From IMG/VR virus record IMGVR_UViG_3300042356_001602: a DNA stretch of 64,000 bases; one strand, 5' to 3'. This stretch comes from a virus (Duplodnaviria > Caudoviricetes). The translations under genes were made by a program, and so were the position numbers. The notes beneath the pieces were generated by a model. That model saw nothing but the letters and a program-made list of their open reading frames with translations, was not told where the DNA came from and did not search any database. This document shows, piece after piece, positions 39,826 to 48,852 of the stretch. Within the stretch, counting starts at the first letter, position 1, and each line of letters opens with the position of its first letter.

Positions 39826-40092
39826 ATGGCTAAGTCTCCAACGTGGCAAACTAAAGCAGGAAAGAATCCTAAGGGTGGATTGAATGCAAAGGGGCGAGCA
39901 TCTTACAATAAGGCCACAGGTGGAAACCTTAAGCCACCAGTGTCAGCAAAGCAAGCAGCCTCTAGTCCTAAGGCAGCAGCACGACGTAAGTCGTTCTGTG
40001 CAAGGATGAGCGGCATGCCAGGCCCTGCAAAAAAACCTAATGGTAAACCAACTCGTAAAACATTGGCATTAAGAAAATGGGATTGTAAATAA
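39826..40092 (+). CDS. small basic protein
   Basis: MAKSPTWQTKAGKNPKGGLNAKGRASYN...RRKSFCARM...LRKWDC. Confidence 0.8.
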   Translation: MAKSPTWQTKAGKNPKGGLNAKGRASYNKATGGNLKPPVSAKQAASSPKAAARRKSFCARMSGMPGPAKKPNGKPTRKTLALRKWDCK

Positions 40093-40093
40093 C

Positions 40094-40273
40094 ATGGCTA
40101 AAGTAAATAAACCAACAAAGGCAGCTTTATGGTCTTCGGCAAAATCACAAGCTAAATCTAAGTTTGACGTGTACCCTTCAGCCTATGCTAATGCATGGGC
40201 TGCAAAAAAGTATAAGTCTATGGGTGGAACATGGAAGACTGTCTCGACCAAAAAAGCAGCAAAGAAGAAATAA
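40094..40273 (+). CDS. small basic protein (59 aa)
   Basis: LWSSAKSQAKSKFDVYPSAYANAWAAKKYKSMGGTW; hand translated. Confidence 0.8.
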   Translation: MAKVNKPTKAALWSSAKSQAKSKFDVYPSAYANAWAAKKYKSMGGTWKTVSTKKAAKKK

Positions 40274-40276
40274 TTT

Positions 40277-40390
40277 ATGACCGCACAAAAAAAATCTTCT
40301 GAAAGAAAAAAAGAAATAGAAAAAGATTTAAAAAATAAAGGCTCTTTATATAAAGACGAATATAAGAAAAATTTAAGAAAGAAAAAGTAA
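40277..40390 (+). CDS. small basic protein (37 aa)
   Basis: K-rich; fits exactly between neighbours. Confidence 0.55.
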   Translation: MTAQKKSSERKKEIEKDLKNKGSLYKDEYKKNLRKKK

Positions 40391-40391
40391 G

Positions 40392-40679
40392 ATGGCTGGC
40401 CCTAAAGGTGTTGGATTAACTAAATGGTTTGATCAAAAATGGGTCAATATTGGTGCTCCCAAAAAAGGAGGCAAGTATCAACCATGTGGCACATCAGGTG
40501 CTGGTGGGTCAGGCTATGCTAAATGTGTGCCAGCTGCTAAAGCAGGGGCTATGTCGCCTGCTCAAAAGAAAAGTGCAGTTACTAGAAAGAGAAAGTCTGG
40601 AACACCAGAAAAAGGTGTTAAAGGACAACCTCCCAAAAATGTTTCTACTCTTACTAAGGGTCCCAAGAAGAAAAAATAA
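40392..40679 (+). CDS. small basic protein
   Basis: GLTKWFDQKWVNIG...PCG...YAKCVP. Confidence 0.8.
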   Translation: MAGPKGVGLTKWFDQKWVNIGAPKKGGKYQPCGTSGAGGSGYAKCVPAAKAGAMSPAQKKSAVTRKRKSGTPEKGVKGQPPKNVSTLTKGPKKKK

Positions 40680-40687
40680 TATACTTT

Positions 40688-42127
40688 TTAATGTATATCA
40701 AAATTTGGGTTGTTAATTCGCCATTCTTCCTTGTCGATTATGTCATTAACAAGTGGTTGATTTTTAATGTTTAAACTAGTATTGAGCAATACTGGGACAC
40801 CTGTATAATCGTTCCACTTTACTAACAAATCGTAAAGCCCTTTATGCTGATCTTGGTTTACAGTTTGTACCCTAGAAGTCCCATCAACATGAACAACAGA
40901 TGGAATTAAATCTGGCTTCCTACATTTTACGGCGTATTGCATATATGGTGATTGACCATTAATTTCAAACCACTCATCTGCAAACTCCTCTAAAACTATT
41001 GGGGCAAAAGGCCTAAAAGGTTCTCTGTTTTTTATTTTGTTTACTTCATATTTTATATTTGGATCTCTTGGATCAGCTAGTATAGATCTGTTGCCTAAGG
41101 CTCTTGGTCCAAATTCTGCTCTCCCAGAAGCAACTGCTGATATTTTTTTATTCTTTAATGAATTGAACAGTTCTTCAACAGGATAAGCTCCAGGTATATT
41201 GGTACCTAAGTACGGCCCTGTCCACCTAGCATGCTTGCCGTTGACCGCGAGAGCAGCCCCTAAGCTACTTCCGGCATCACCTGGGTTGGGCATTATCCAT
41301 ACGTCATCCCATGTATTTAACAATTCCGTATTGGCTGAACAATTGAGGGCACATCCTCCCATGAAGACTAAGTTTCTTTTACCTGTTATTTTTTTAGCGT
41401 GGTTCATGAATTCAATTAACCTTAATTCATATACCTTTTGTACGGCGTATGCTATGTCAAATTTATCTTGATCATTCTTAATTTCAAATGGAAAATTTTT
41501 TATACCCCTATGAAAATTGTAAAGTTGTTGATCATACGAGCTAAAGACATTGTTAACATAATTGAATACAGGAGTCAACTTACCATAAGAAGCCATGCCC
41601 ATTAATATGTATTCCTCAGTTCCAGGCAATAACCCCAAAAGGTTTGCAAAAGCGCTATAAAATAAACCAAAACTATTAGGATACTTCATCTTGTACTTTG
41701 ATGTTATTTTACTGCCTTCACCTACCCAAATGCTAGCTGTATCAAATTCGCCAATAGCATCAATAACTACTATGGCAGCTTCATCAAAATTACTAGTATA
41801 ATAACCAGCAGCTGCATGCGAATAATGGTGACTAACTTGAATTTCTTTTGCGTTAAGATCTATAATATTCTTGTATAAATTTTTATACTTTCCATTACTT
41901 CCACCGTAAATAGATTTTCTTAAAGATTTTAATTTTCTTTTTTCATAATAAGCTATAATATCTGGTCTACCAAATTGAGAGGCTTCACTAAAAATTTCTG
42001 GATTTAAACCCCAATCATTTTTAACTTTCGAGTATCTCTCCGCATGAGCTGCAAAAACTATTTCCCCATCTATTAAAACAGATAGGGCAGCGTCGTGGCT
42101 AGAATCATTAATCCCATATATTATCAC
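40688..42127 (-). CDS. carbamoyltransferase (NodU/CmcH family)
   Basis: HDAA, ERYSKVK, HHYSHAA, DAIGE, GGCALNC, PGDAGSSLGA, EFGPRALGNRS, REPFRPFAP, DGTSRVQTV, LNTSLN. Confidence 0.95.
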   Translation of the reverse strand: MIIYGINDSSHDAALSVLIDGEIVFAAHAERYSKVKNDWGLNPEIFSEASQFGRPDIIAYYEKRKLKSLRKSIYGGSNGKYKNLYKNIIDLNAKEIQVSHHYSHAAAGYYTSNFDEAAIVVIDAIGEFDTASIWVGEGSKITSKYKMKYPNSFGLFYSAFANLLGLLPGTEEYILMGMASYGKLTPVFNYVNNVFSSYDQQLYNFHRGIKNFPFEIKNDQDKFDIAYAVQKVYELRLIEFMNHAKKITGKRNLVFMGGCALNCSANTELLNTWDDVWIMPNPGDAGSSLGAALAVNGKHARWTGPYLGTNIPGAYPVEELFNSLKNKKISAVASGRAEFGPRALGNRSILADPRDPNIKYEVNKIKNREPFRPFAPIVLEEFADEWFEINGQSPYMQYAVKCRKPDLIPSVVHVDGTSRVQTVNQDQHKGLYDLLVKWNDYTGVPVLLNTSLNIKNQPLVNDIIDKEEWRINNPNFDIH

Positions 42128-43057
42128 GGTCTTTTAGTCACCTTAGAATTTTCTATTGTTTTTTTAGAAAGAGGTTTTCCTAAAAATCTTTCAGCGTAAT
42201 GAACATGCGAATGCATTCCTGGATGATATCCGTAATCATTTGCAGCATCCCAGAAAAAAGATTGTTCTTCATTTAGAGAACGATGGGTTAGACAACGCTC
42301 GTGCTCTGTTAGGTAATGTAAATTATCTTCTTCATCCCCACTACTGATGTAGAAGTTATTGTCCATTTTATTGTAGATATAATTAGTTTCTCCATCCCAA
42401 GAAAAAAAATTATACTCTATTCCCAAATTATAAAAAAACTCTAAATAGCTAAGTGAGGTAAGTGCACTAAAAACAGCTGCCTCTAAAGGAAGGCTTCTAT
42501 TGATATTAAAATAATCTTTATATATTAAAGGTTTTTGTTTCTTATTTTCGCTAAACATAAAGTTATTATGAGAATAGCTCCAATCAAAAGATGAAATTAA
42601 ATTTTCTTCCTTTATTTCAGGAAACCAAAGTCTTTTTAAATCTGGTGTTAAGAATAAAATTTTTTTAGGTAATCCAAATTCTTTTATATGACATATAAAA
42701 TTGTTAAATATTCTCTGAACCGACGCACCAGGATGTGATATAACATTTACTGTTTGGTTCAGCTCCCTTGCTATCAAATGTGGCCAAGTTAAGTCATATG
42801 GAATACCACAGCCAGCAGTGACTGAGCAACCTAAAGCTAGGATATCTGGATTGTGGACAAAATTAGAACCATGATGGCCATGTCTATTGACCCTGTATAT
42901 CATTCTTGGGTCAGGTTTGCCCCAACCTCCGCTCTGTATAATGATAATCTTCATTCATTTCATCCTGAATATGGATTAAAGAATGATCTTCTAGTGATTT
43001 AAATTTTGTAGAATTTAATTTTGATGAAATATTTAAAAGATCTTTATTAAAGTTCAT
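42124..43057 (-). CDS. SGNH-like hypothetical protein, ~310 aa via +1 shift at CGGA 42931-42928
   Basis: LALGCSVTAG and HPGMHSH motifs; upstream frame from ATG 43057 reaches in-frame CGGA. Alternative unshifted start at 42954 gives 276 aa. Confidence 0.65.
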
Positions 43058-43229
43058 AGACTAATAGATAAAAGGTTGTTTGTTTTTTTTATTTAAAAAT
43101 GGTATTTTTGATTTTAGATTTAAAAATATTGATTTAAATAATATAGATTTTTTATGGAGAAAATATTTCATTGATACTACTTCCTTGAGTTATAGATATT
43201 CAATGATACCATAGGCGATCGTAGTTTTA

Positions 43230-43238
43230 TGCTATAAT
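43230..43238 (+). promoter_or_regulatory. extended -10 promoter
   Basis: TGCTATAAT upstream of 43266. Confidence 0.5.
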
Positions 43239-43265
43239 AGACTTCATATTATAGCAAGGTGTGTT

Positions 43266-43478
43266 ATGTCAGAAGAAAGTTCATTTGATGGCTTCATGCC
43301 AATGATAGATGGGTTTAATTTGACCCCGTCTATTACTATGATGAACACTGAAGGAGAGTTAATTAAAGCTCATAGTGTAAAGATAACCACTAGAGAAGGT
43401 GTTGAATTTATTTTTAGCATAGACACAACTGATCTAATGAGGTTATTCTTTCTTATAGTGAAAGTAGTAAATCAATGA
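43266..43478 (+). CDS. hypothetical protein
   Basis: RBS AAGGTG. Confidence 0.6.
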   Translation: MSEESSFDGFMPMIDGFNLTPSITMMNTEGELIKAHSVKITTREGVEFIFSIDTTDLMRLFFLIVKVVNQ

Positions 43479-43557
43479 TGAAATTATACATGCTAATAGG
43501 ACTAATTATGATGTATTTATCCTTTCTTTGGAAAATATAATCTGATACAATATATAC

Positions 43558-43791
43558 ATGAGTGAACAAACATGGACATGGTTTTTATTTGCCATGGAAT
43601 TAATAGGTATTTCTGGCAGTTATATGGTTGGAAACAAGAAATGGCAAGGGCACTTAATAGTTGCCCTTCATTCTTTCCCCTGGTTTATCTACGCAATTAT
43701 ATTCAATAAGCCTGGGTTTATTGCTATGTGGATGTTGTGGCAATGGGTACACTGGAGAAATATGTGGAAGTGGAAAAAAGAAAATGCATAA
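43558..43791 (+). CDS. small membrane protein (PnuC-like half)
   Basis: WTWFLFAMELIG...GNKKWQG...W..YAI; ATG 6 nt after TGATACAAT (leaderless). Confidence 0.65.
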   Translation: MSEQTWTWFLFAMELIGISGSYMVGNKKWQGHLIVALHSFPWFIYAIIFNKPGFIAMWMLWQWVHWRNMWKWKKENA

Positions 43792-44515
43792 TAAAAAAGT
43801 ATCAATTGTATTAACAAGTTATAATAATCCAAAGTATTTAGCTAGAGCTATAGAATCAGTCCTCAATCAAACATATAATAATTTTGAGCTAATTATAGCC
43901 GACGATGCTTCTTCCGACAAAGAAGTAGTTAGTATTATAGAGAAATACGTTTTGCTAGATAATGTTACGGCTTTTAACTCAAACATTAAAGAAGAAGATA
44001 GATTAAAAACAGCTAGATATGCTACTCAAATAAATACAGGGGTAACACATTTTTGCACCGGAGATTATCTCATGTACCTAGCAGATGATGACTACTTCTA
44101 TCCCACAATGCTAGAAAAAATGATGTCTTATGTGGACAAAACTAATCACGATGTTGTTTTTTGCGCACAACACGTAAAAGATATTGATGACAATATAGAT
44201 GGTGGCGGAATTGATGGTAGAGGCGTTAGATTCTTTAATGAACCACTATTACGAGGTGCAGATAAACTAGATCATAATCAAGTCATGACAAGCCGAGTAG
44301 CATACGACGCAGTAAACGGATGGAATGACGAAGCGTGGTGTTGGTCCGGAGCAGATGCTGTCTTCTATGAAAGACTAGAAAATGCTGGCTATGTATTCTA
44401 TCCAATAGATACTAATGAACCACTTCAAGCTAAGATGTACAGAGAGAATTCCGTTCAATGGAATATGACAAATGGTTTAAGTCCAGTAGGAGAAGAAGTT
44501 TTAAATGCCAACTAA
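43784..44515 (+). CDS. glycosyltransferase family 2
   Basis: VSIVLTSYN, AIESVLNQT, IIADDASSD, YLADDD. Confidence 0.92.
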   Translation: MHNKKVSIVLTSYNNPKYLARAIESVLNQTYNNFELIIADDASSDKEVVSIIEKYVLLDNVTAFNSNIKEEDRLKTARYATQINTGVTHFCTGDYLMYLADDDYFYPTMLEKMMSYVDKTNHDVVFCAQHVKDIDDNIDGGGIDGRGVRFFNEPLLRGADKLDHNQVMTSRVAYDAVNGWNDEAWCWSGADAVFYERLENAGYVFYPIDTNEPLQAKMYRENSVQWNMTNGLSPVGEEVLNAN

Positions 44516-45389
44516 TTTTTGGGCCATAGGAATGGCTAAAGATGAAGCTGATATAATCGATCACACTATGTATCATTTTGCTGCGAACGGTGCAGCTGGG
44601 ATAATAGTTGCTGACAATCTTTCTAAAGATAATACTAGAGAAAAAATGGAAGAAGCTAAAGCTAATATAGCAAAGTATAATCCAGACATTAGGGTAATTA
44701 TTGTAGAAGACAACGTTGTTGCCTACACTCAATCCGATAAGATGACAAATCTTGCTTCTATGGCAAAGGATAATGGTGCCCAATGGGTTATTCCTTTTGA
44801 CATCGATGAGATATGGCACGCACATGGCAAGACTCTGCAAGAAGCTTTTGAACTATTGGACCAAGATGGAGTAGACGTTTACAAGGCATTATATACAAAT
44901 CATTCAATCACAGAATTTGATCAACCTGGAACTTCTCCTTTTCACTCAATGCAATGGAAGTGGAATCTGCCAACAAATCATAAGAGTTGTTTTAAGTTCA
45001 GAGATGGCGATAGCTTTGTAAGAATTTCGAATGGAAATCATTTAGTGCAGCACAACGGCTGGGACATTGGGGCAAATGTAAAAACCGTATTGGATGATTA
45101 TGGTCACGATAAGATTATTTTTGGACCTCAGCTTTTAGAAATTAGACATTTTCAATGGAGATCGTTAGATCATTTCATCAAAAAAATATTAAATGCTTAT
45201 GAGTCATGCAAGGCTCTAGGTCCTGGAGCAGACTTATATAACGGAGCTGCTTGGGCAGAACATTTTATTATATATGAATCTGAAGGGTTGGATGGTTTAG
45301 TTAAGTTCTTTCAAAAAAATGTATTAGTAACAGGTGACACGGGATCGATGATTAATGATCCGGCACCCATAAAGGAGTTGCCATTATGA
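44505..45389 (+). CDS. glycosyltransferase family 2-like
   Basis: MAKDEADII, DNLSKDNT, WVIPFDIDE, IRHFQWRS. Confidence 0.85.
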   Translation: MPTNFWAIGMAKDEADIIDHTMYHFAANGAAGIIVADNLSKDNTREKMEEAKANIAKYNPDIRVIIVEDNVVAYTQSDKMTNLASMAKDNGAQWVIPFDIDEIWHAHGKTLQEAFELLDQDGVDVYKALYTNHSITEFDQPGTSPFHSMQWKWNLPTNHKSCFKFRDGDSFVRISNGNHLVQHNGWDIGANVKTVLDDYGHDKIIFGPQLLEIRHFQWRSLDHFIKKILNAYESCKALGPGADLYNGAAWAEHFIIYESEGLDGLVKFFQKNVLVTGDTGSMINDPAPIKELPL

Positions 45390-46042
45390 ATAAAATATCA
45401 TTGGTAGTAATTACTGACGGAAGACAAGCTTGCATTGAGCAGACTATAGATAGATTCAACGAGGTCATTAATTATGATTTTTTTGAAAAGTTAATAATTA
45501 ACGATTCTGGAGATCCAAGATACCATAGTTTTTTACTTAATAGATTTCCAGATTTTAAAGTAGTATCACATGAGCAAAGAAGAGGATTAGCTGGAGCAGT
45601 TCAATCAGCTTGGAGTTCTGTTAATCCTGAAGTTGATTATGTTTTTCATTTAGAAGATGATTTTATATTCAACAAATCAATAAACATAGCACACATGGCA
45701 TTTTTGTTAAGACAGAATCCACACCTTGTTCAAATGGCCTTAGTACGTGCATCAGTTAATCCTCCTGAAGAAGAAGTAGGTGGATTTGTATTTCAACACC
45801 TCGCCGATTATTTTCAGAAAGAAGATTACTTTGAACATGGTAGACTTTTTACCTTGAATCCGTGTTTGTATCCAGTCTCAACAATTAAAATGGGTTGGCC
45901 AGATCACGGCGGAGAATCTGAGTTTACAACAAAGGTACATTCTATAGATAACAATCATAGATTTGGTTTTTATGGAAACATCTATGATGAACCATTGGTT
46001 ACTCACATAGGCGGAAGAAGAAGTGAAGGTTGGTTCCTGTAA
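45386..46042 (+). CDS. glycosyltransferase (GT-A fold)
   Basis: IINDSG, YVFHLEDDF, FTLNP, VTHIG. Confidence 0.8.
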   Translation: MNKISLVVITDGRQACIEQTIDRFNEVINYDFFEKLIINDSGDPRYHSFLLNRFPDFKVVSHEQRRGLAGAVQSAWSSVNPEVDYVFHLEDDFIFNKSINIAHMAFLLRQNPHLVQMALVRASVNPPEEEVGGFVFQHLADYFQKEDYFEHGRLFTLNPCLYPVSTIKMGWPDHGGESEFTTKVHSIDNNHRFGFYGNIYDEPLVTHIGGRRSEGWFL

Positions 46043-46752
46043 TGACAAGCAATATAGTCGTAAATAAAAATAATCTATCTTTCATTGTAGAAGATAGTGA
46101 AGAATTACATCAAGATAAAGATTATAATTTTTGGTCAGAAAAATATTCTTCTTGGGAGCCAGGAACATTTAAAGTTTTAGATACTTATTTATCAAAAGAT
46201 AAAGATTATCTAGACATAGGAGCCTGGGTTGGACCAACTGCTATATATGGATCTATTATTTCTAGAAAAGTAATTGCTGTTGAGCCAGATCCTGTAGCAC
46301 ATAAGATTTTGCAAAAAAATATAGATCTTAATTCAATTCAAAACATAGAGGTAATAAACAAAGCTGCTTCAAAATTAGAGCACGCTTTTTTGGAGTCTAG
46401 TCATTTTTTTGGCGACTCAATGACTAGAGTTTCAGAAAGAAATGCAGGATCTAATGCTATTGAAACAATAGGTTTAGATACATTGATTTCTATGGGAGAT
46501 TTTTCTTTAATTAAAATTGATATTGAAGGACATGAATTCAGTTTAATTAAAGAATATATAGATGTATTAAACGAATGTAAGATACCACTTTTGTTATCTG
46601 TACACGCGCCATTTTTTGGCAATGGTGAAACACTGATGAAAGATCTTCTTAATGACATGTCCAGTGTGAAGTCAGTCTTAAACGAAGATGGTGAAGAAAT
46701 TAATAAGGAAACTATAAGTAATAGTTTTGGATCATATCTCTTTATCTGGTAG
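46042..46752 (+). CDS. FkbM-family methyltransferase
   Basis: YLDIGAWVG, AVEPDP, IKIDIEGHE. Confidence 0.9.
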   Translation: MTSNIVVNKNNLSFIVEDSEELHQDKDYNFWSEKYSSWEPGTFKVLDTYLSKDKDYLDIGAWVGPTAIYGSIISRKVIAVEPDPVAHKILQKNIDLNSIQNIEVINKAASKLEHAFLESSHFFGDSMTRVSERNAGSNAIETIGLDTLISMGDFSLIKIDIEGHEFSLIKEYIDVLNECKIPLLLSVHAPFFGNGETLMKDLLNDMSSVKSVLNEDGEEINKETISNSFGSYLFIW

Positions 46753-46756
46753 TTGT

Positions 46757-47392
46757 ATGGACTTAGTTATTATTGGAGCTGGTGGACATTCTAAAGATCT
46801 AGAATACTTAGCTTCTTCTGACAAGTATGAATATTGGAATGTCATAGGACACCTGGACGATGATCCGTTTGTGAATAATGGCAACCTACTTGGCGATGTA
46901 TCGTTTGTACATTTTCTTTTAGATAAATATCCCAACCTAAAATACACCATAGCCATTAACTCTTCTGCAATAAGAAGACGTATAGAGTCAAGCATAGGGA
47001 AACTCGATCGTGCTGCAAGCCTGATACATGAAACAGCTGTAATAGGAACACAATGTCATTATCAAAATGGACTAACAATGGGTCCATATTCTGTCTTAAC
47101 CACTAGGGTAAATGTTGGAGCACATGTACACATTAATACTGCTGCCTCCATCAACCAGTCGAGCACGATAGGGGACTACTGTACTGTTAGTCCTGGGGCT
47201 AGAATCTGTGGAGATGTTAACATCGGAGAAGCTACATCTATAGGGGCTGGTAGTGTTATTGTTAACTTTAAAAATGTAGGGAAAAATTGCACGCTAGGAG
47301 CAGGAACGGTTGTTATAGATCACATAGGTGACGACGCTACTGTAGTTGGAGTTCCTGGCAGGGAAATCAAAAGATTTGGTGAGTATATTTAG
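46757..47392 (+). CDS. sugar acetyltransferase (NeuD/PglD family)
   Basis: IIGAGGH, hexapeptide repeats, VVGVPGR. Confidence 0.92.
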   Translation: MDLVIIGAGGHSKDLEYLASSDKYEYWNVIGHLDDDPFVNNGNLLGDVSFVHFLLDKYPNLKYTIAINSSAIRRRIESSIGKLDRAASLIHETAVIGTQCHYQNGLTMGPYSVLTTRVNVGAHVHINTAASINQSSTIGDYCTVSPGARICGDVNIGEATSIGAGSVIVNFKNVGKNCTLGAGTVVIDHIGDDATVVGVPGREIKRFGEYI

Positions 47393-47435
47393 TCGTTACT
47401 ATAATAGTATACTTAAGATTAAAAGGAGAAATAAA

Positions 47436-47966
47436 ATGGCAAGAAAGTATTCGTACTATCCAAGTTTTGACGGAAAAGGCGCACAGCCAGGAACTAAAAA
47501 ACTAGCAGAGCTTTGTGGTAAAAGATGGAAAGCCACCAATATGGGCATCTATGTCGCTAGATTGATGCGCAACTCTCATACTGAAGGCAAGAAAATTGGT
47601 GACCCAGGAATGGAAAAATATATGAGTGTTCACGCCACTGGAGCAGCCGTAGACCTTGGTTATTCAGACCGCAAGGTTGGCGTAGCTATGTGGGACTGGT
47701 TCCTAGCCAATACGGAAGCTCTTGGTATCGAGGAGATTCACGACTATGCTTTTGACGCAAATGCAACAGATAAAAAACCTGGCTATGGAAGAGGCTATCG
47801 CTGCAGCCGTGGAGAAGGTGCAAAGGGCGTAAAAATTTTTACTGCTACCGATAACGCTGGAAGTTTTGGCGGTAAGTGGTTGCACATAGAACTTTCACCA
47901 GAGATGGCTAAAGATGCTGCTAAGTTTGAGGCTGCATGGAGAGCATTACCTAAGCCAGGTGCATAA
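47436..47966 (+). CDS. peptidase M15-like cell-wall hydrolase (candidate endolysin)
   Basis: SVHATGAAVDL and WLHIEL zinc-peptidase pattern; RBS AAAGGAG; TTACTAT motif upstream. Confidence 0.7.
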   Translation: MARKYSYYPSFDGKGAQPGTKKLAELCGKRWKATNMGIYVARLMRNSHTEGKKIGDPGMEKYMSVHATGAAVDLGYSDRKVGVAMWDWFLANTEALGIEEIHDYAFDANATDKKPGYGRGYRCSRGEGAKGVKIFTATDNAGSFGGKWLHIELSPEMAKDAAKFEAAWRALPKPGA

Positions 47967-47969
47967 TAA

Positions 47970-48593
47970 ATGCATAAGGTAATAGAAAAGTTTTCAAGTG
48001 AACTACTAATTGTCATCATGCTTGGCCTGGTGTCAACTACTACAGCTTGGGCAGCAATTCAATCTTCTCTTCATGGGGGCAGAGCGGGAGATGCCAGTTC
48101 TGAATACGCTGTTGTTTTAGCTGACGCAAATAATATGTGGATAACCGCAGAAGTCAAGTATAGAGACGACTTAACCGTATGGAAAGACAAGCAAGTCCGT
48201 GTACTCGTAGACGGTGTTAGTACCGATGATATCTATGAGGACATAAAGACATTCAATGGCTCTGCCGAGTTGTACGAGTTTGCGATGCCTTGTTTTATTG
48301 AGAACCCGAAAGGGCAACTACCAAGCTGCAAACCTTACATGGACGAACTATACGATCCGTACCAAAAAAGATTTGCCGATAGTGACTACTGGTTAAATGA
48401 AGCCAAAAATGAGGGAAGAAACAGTAACACACTTCAAATGCTTACAGGAATGTTTGCTGTTGCTTTGTTTCTTTTAGGTATTACCACTGTCATGAAGATA
48501 AAAAAACTTGTTGCCTATCTAGTGTTATTTTCAATAGCCCTGTGGTTAATTGGCCTTAGTTTTTTATTGAGTGTTCCAACAATATTCTCCTAA
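47970..48593 (+). CDS. membrane protein with three TM segments
   Basis: N-terminal TM + TAWAAIQSS, soluble loop, two C-terminal TMs. Confidence 0.7.
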   Translation: MHKVIEKFSSELLIVIMLGLVSTTTAWAAIQSSLHGGRAGDASSEYAVVLADANNMWITAEVKYRDDLTVWKDKQVRVLVDGVSTDDIYEDIKTFNGSAELYEFAMPCFIENPKGQLPSCKPYMDELYDPYQKRFADSDYWLNEAKNEGRNSNTLQMLTGMFAVALFLLGITTVMKIKKLVAYLVLFSIALWLIGLSFLLSVPTIFS

Positions 48594-48712
48594 TGATTAA
48601 AGGTATAATTATTTTGATTATACTTGCGTGGATGCTTGCAATGCCTGCAGCTCTTATAGCAATAATTCTAGACACAATAAAAAAATCAGAAACAGATTTT
48701 GATATAGATTAG

Positions 48713-48791
48713 TGTGATATACTAGCCTCCTTGCAACGGAGGCCGGTGCAAAGCCCCAGTAGATTAATTTCTGCTGGGGCTTTTCCCTTTT
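48713..48791 (+). ncRNA. candidate small RNA: extended -10 promoter + two hairpins + T tract
   Basis: TGTGATATACT, GCCTCC/GGAGGC hairpin, AAGCCCCAG/CTGGGGCTT hairpin with ATTAATTT loop. Confidence 0.4.
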
Positions 48792-48852
48792 GGCCGCCGC
48801 AAAAATATTAATCAGCCCTTACTATTAGTATTGAACATCGGAGGGCTGACTG

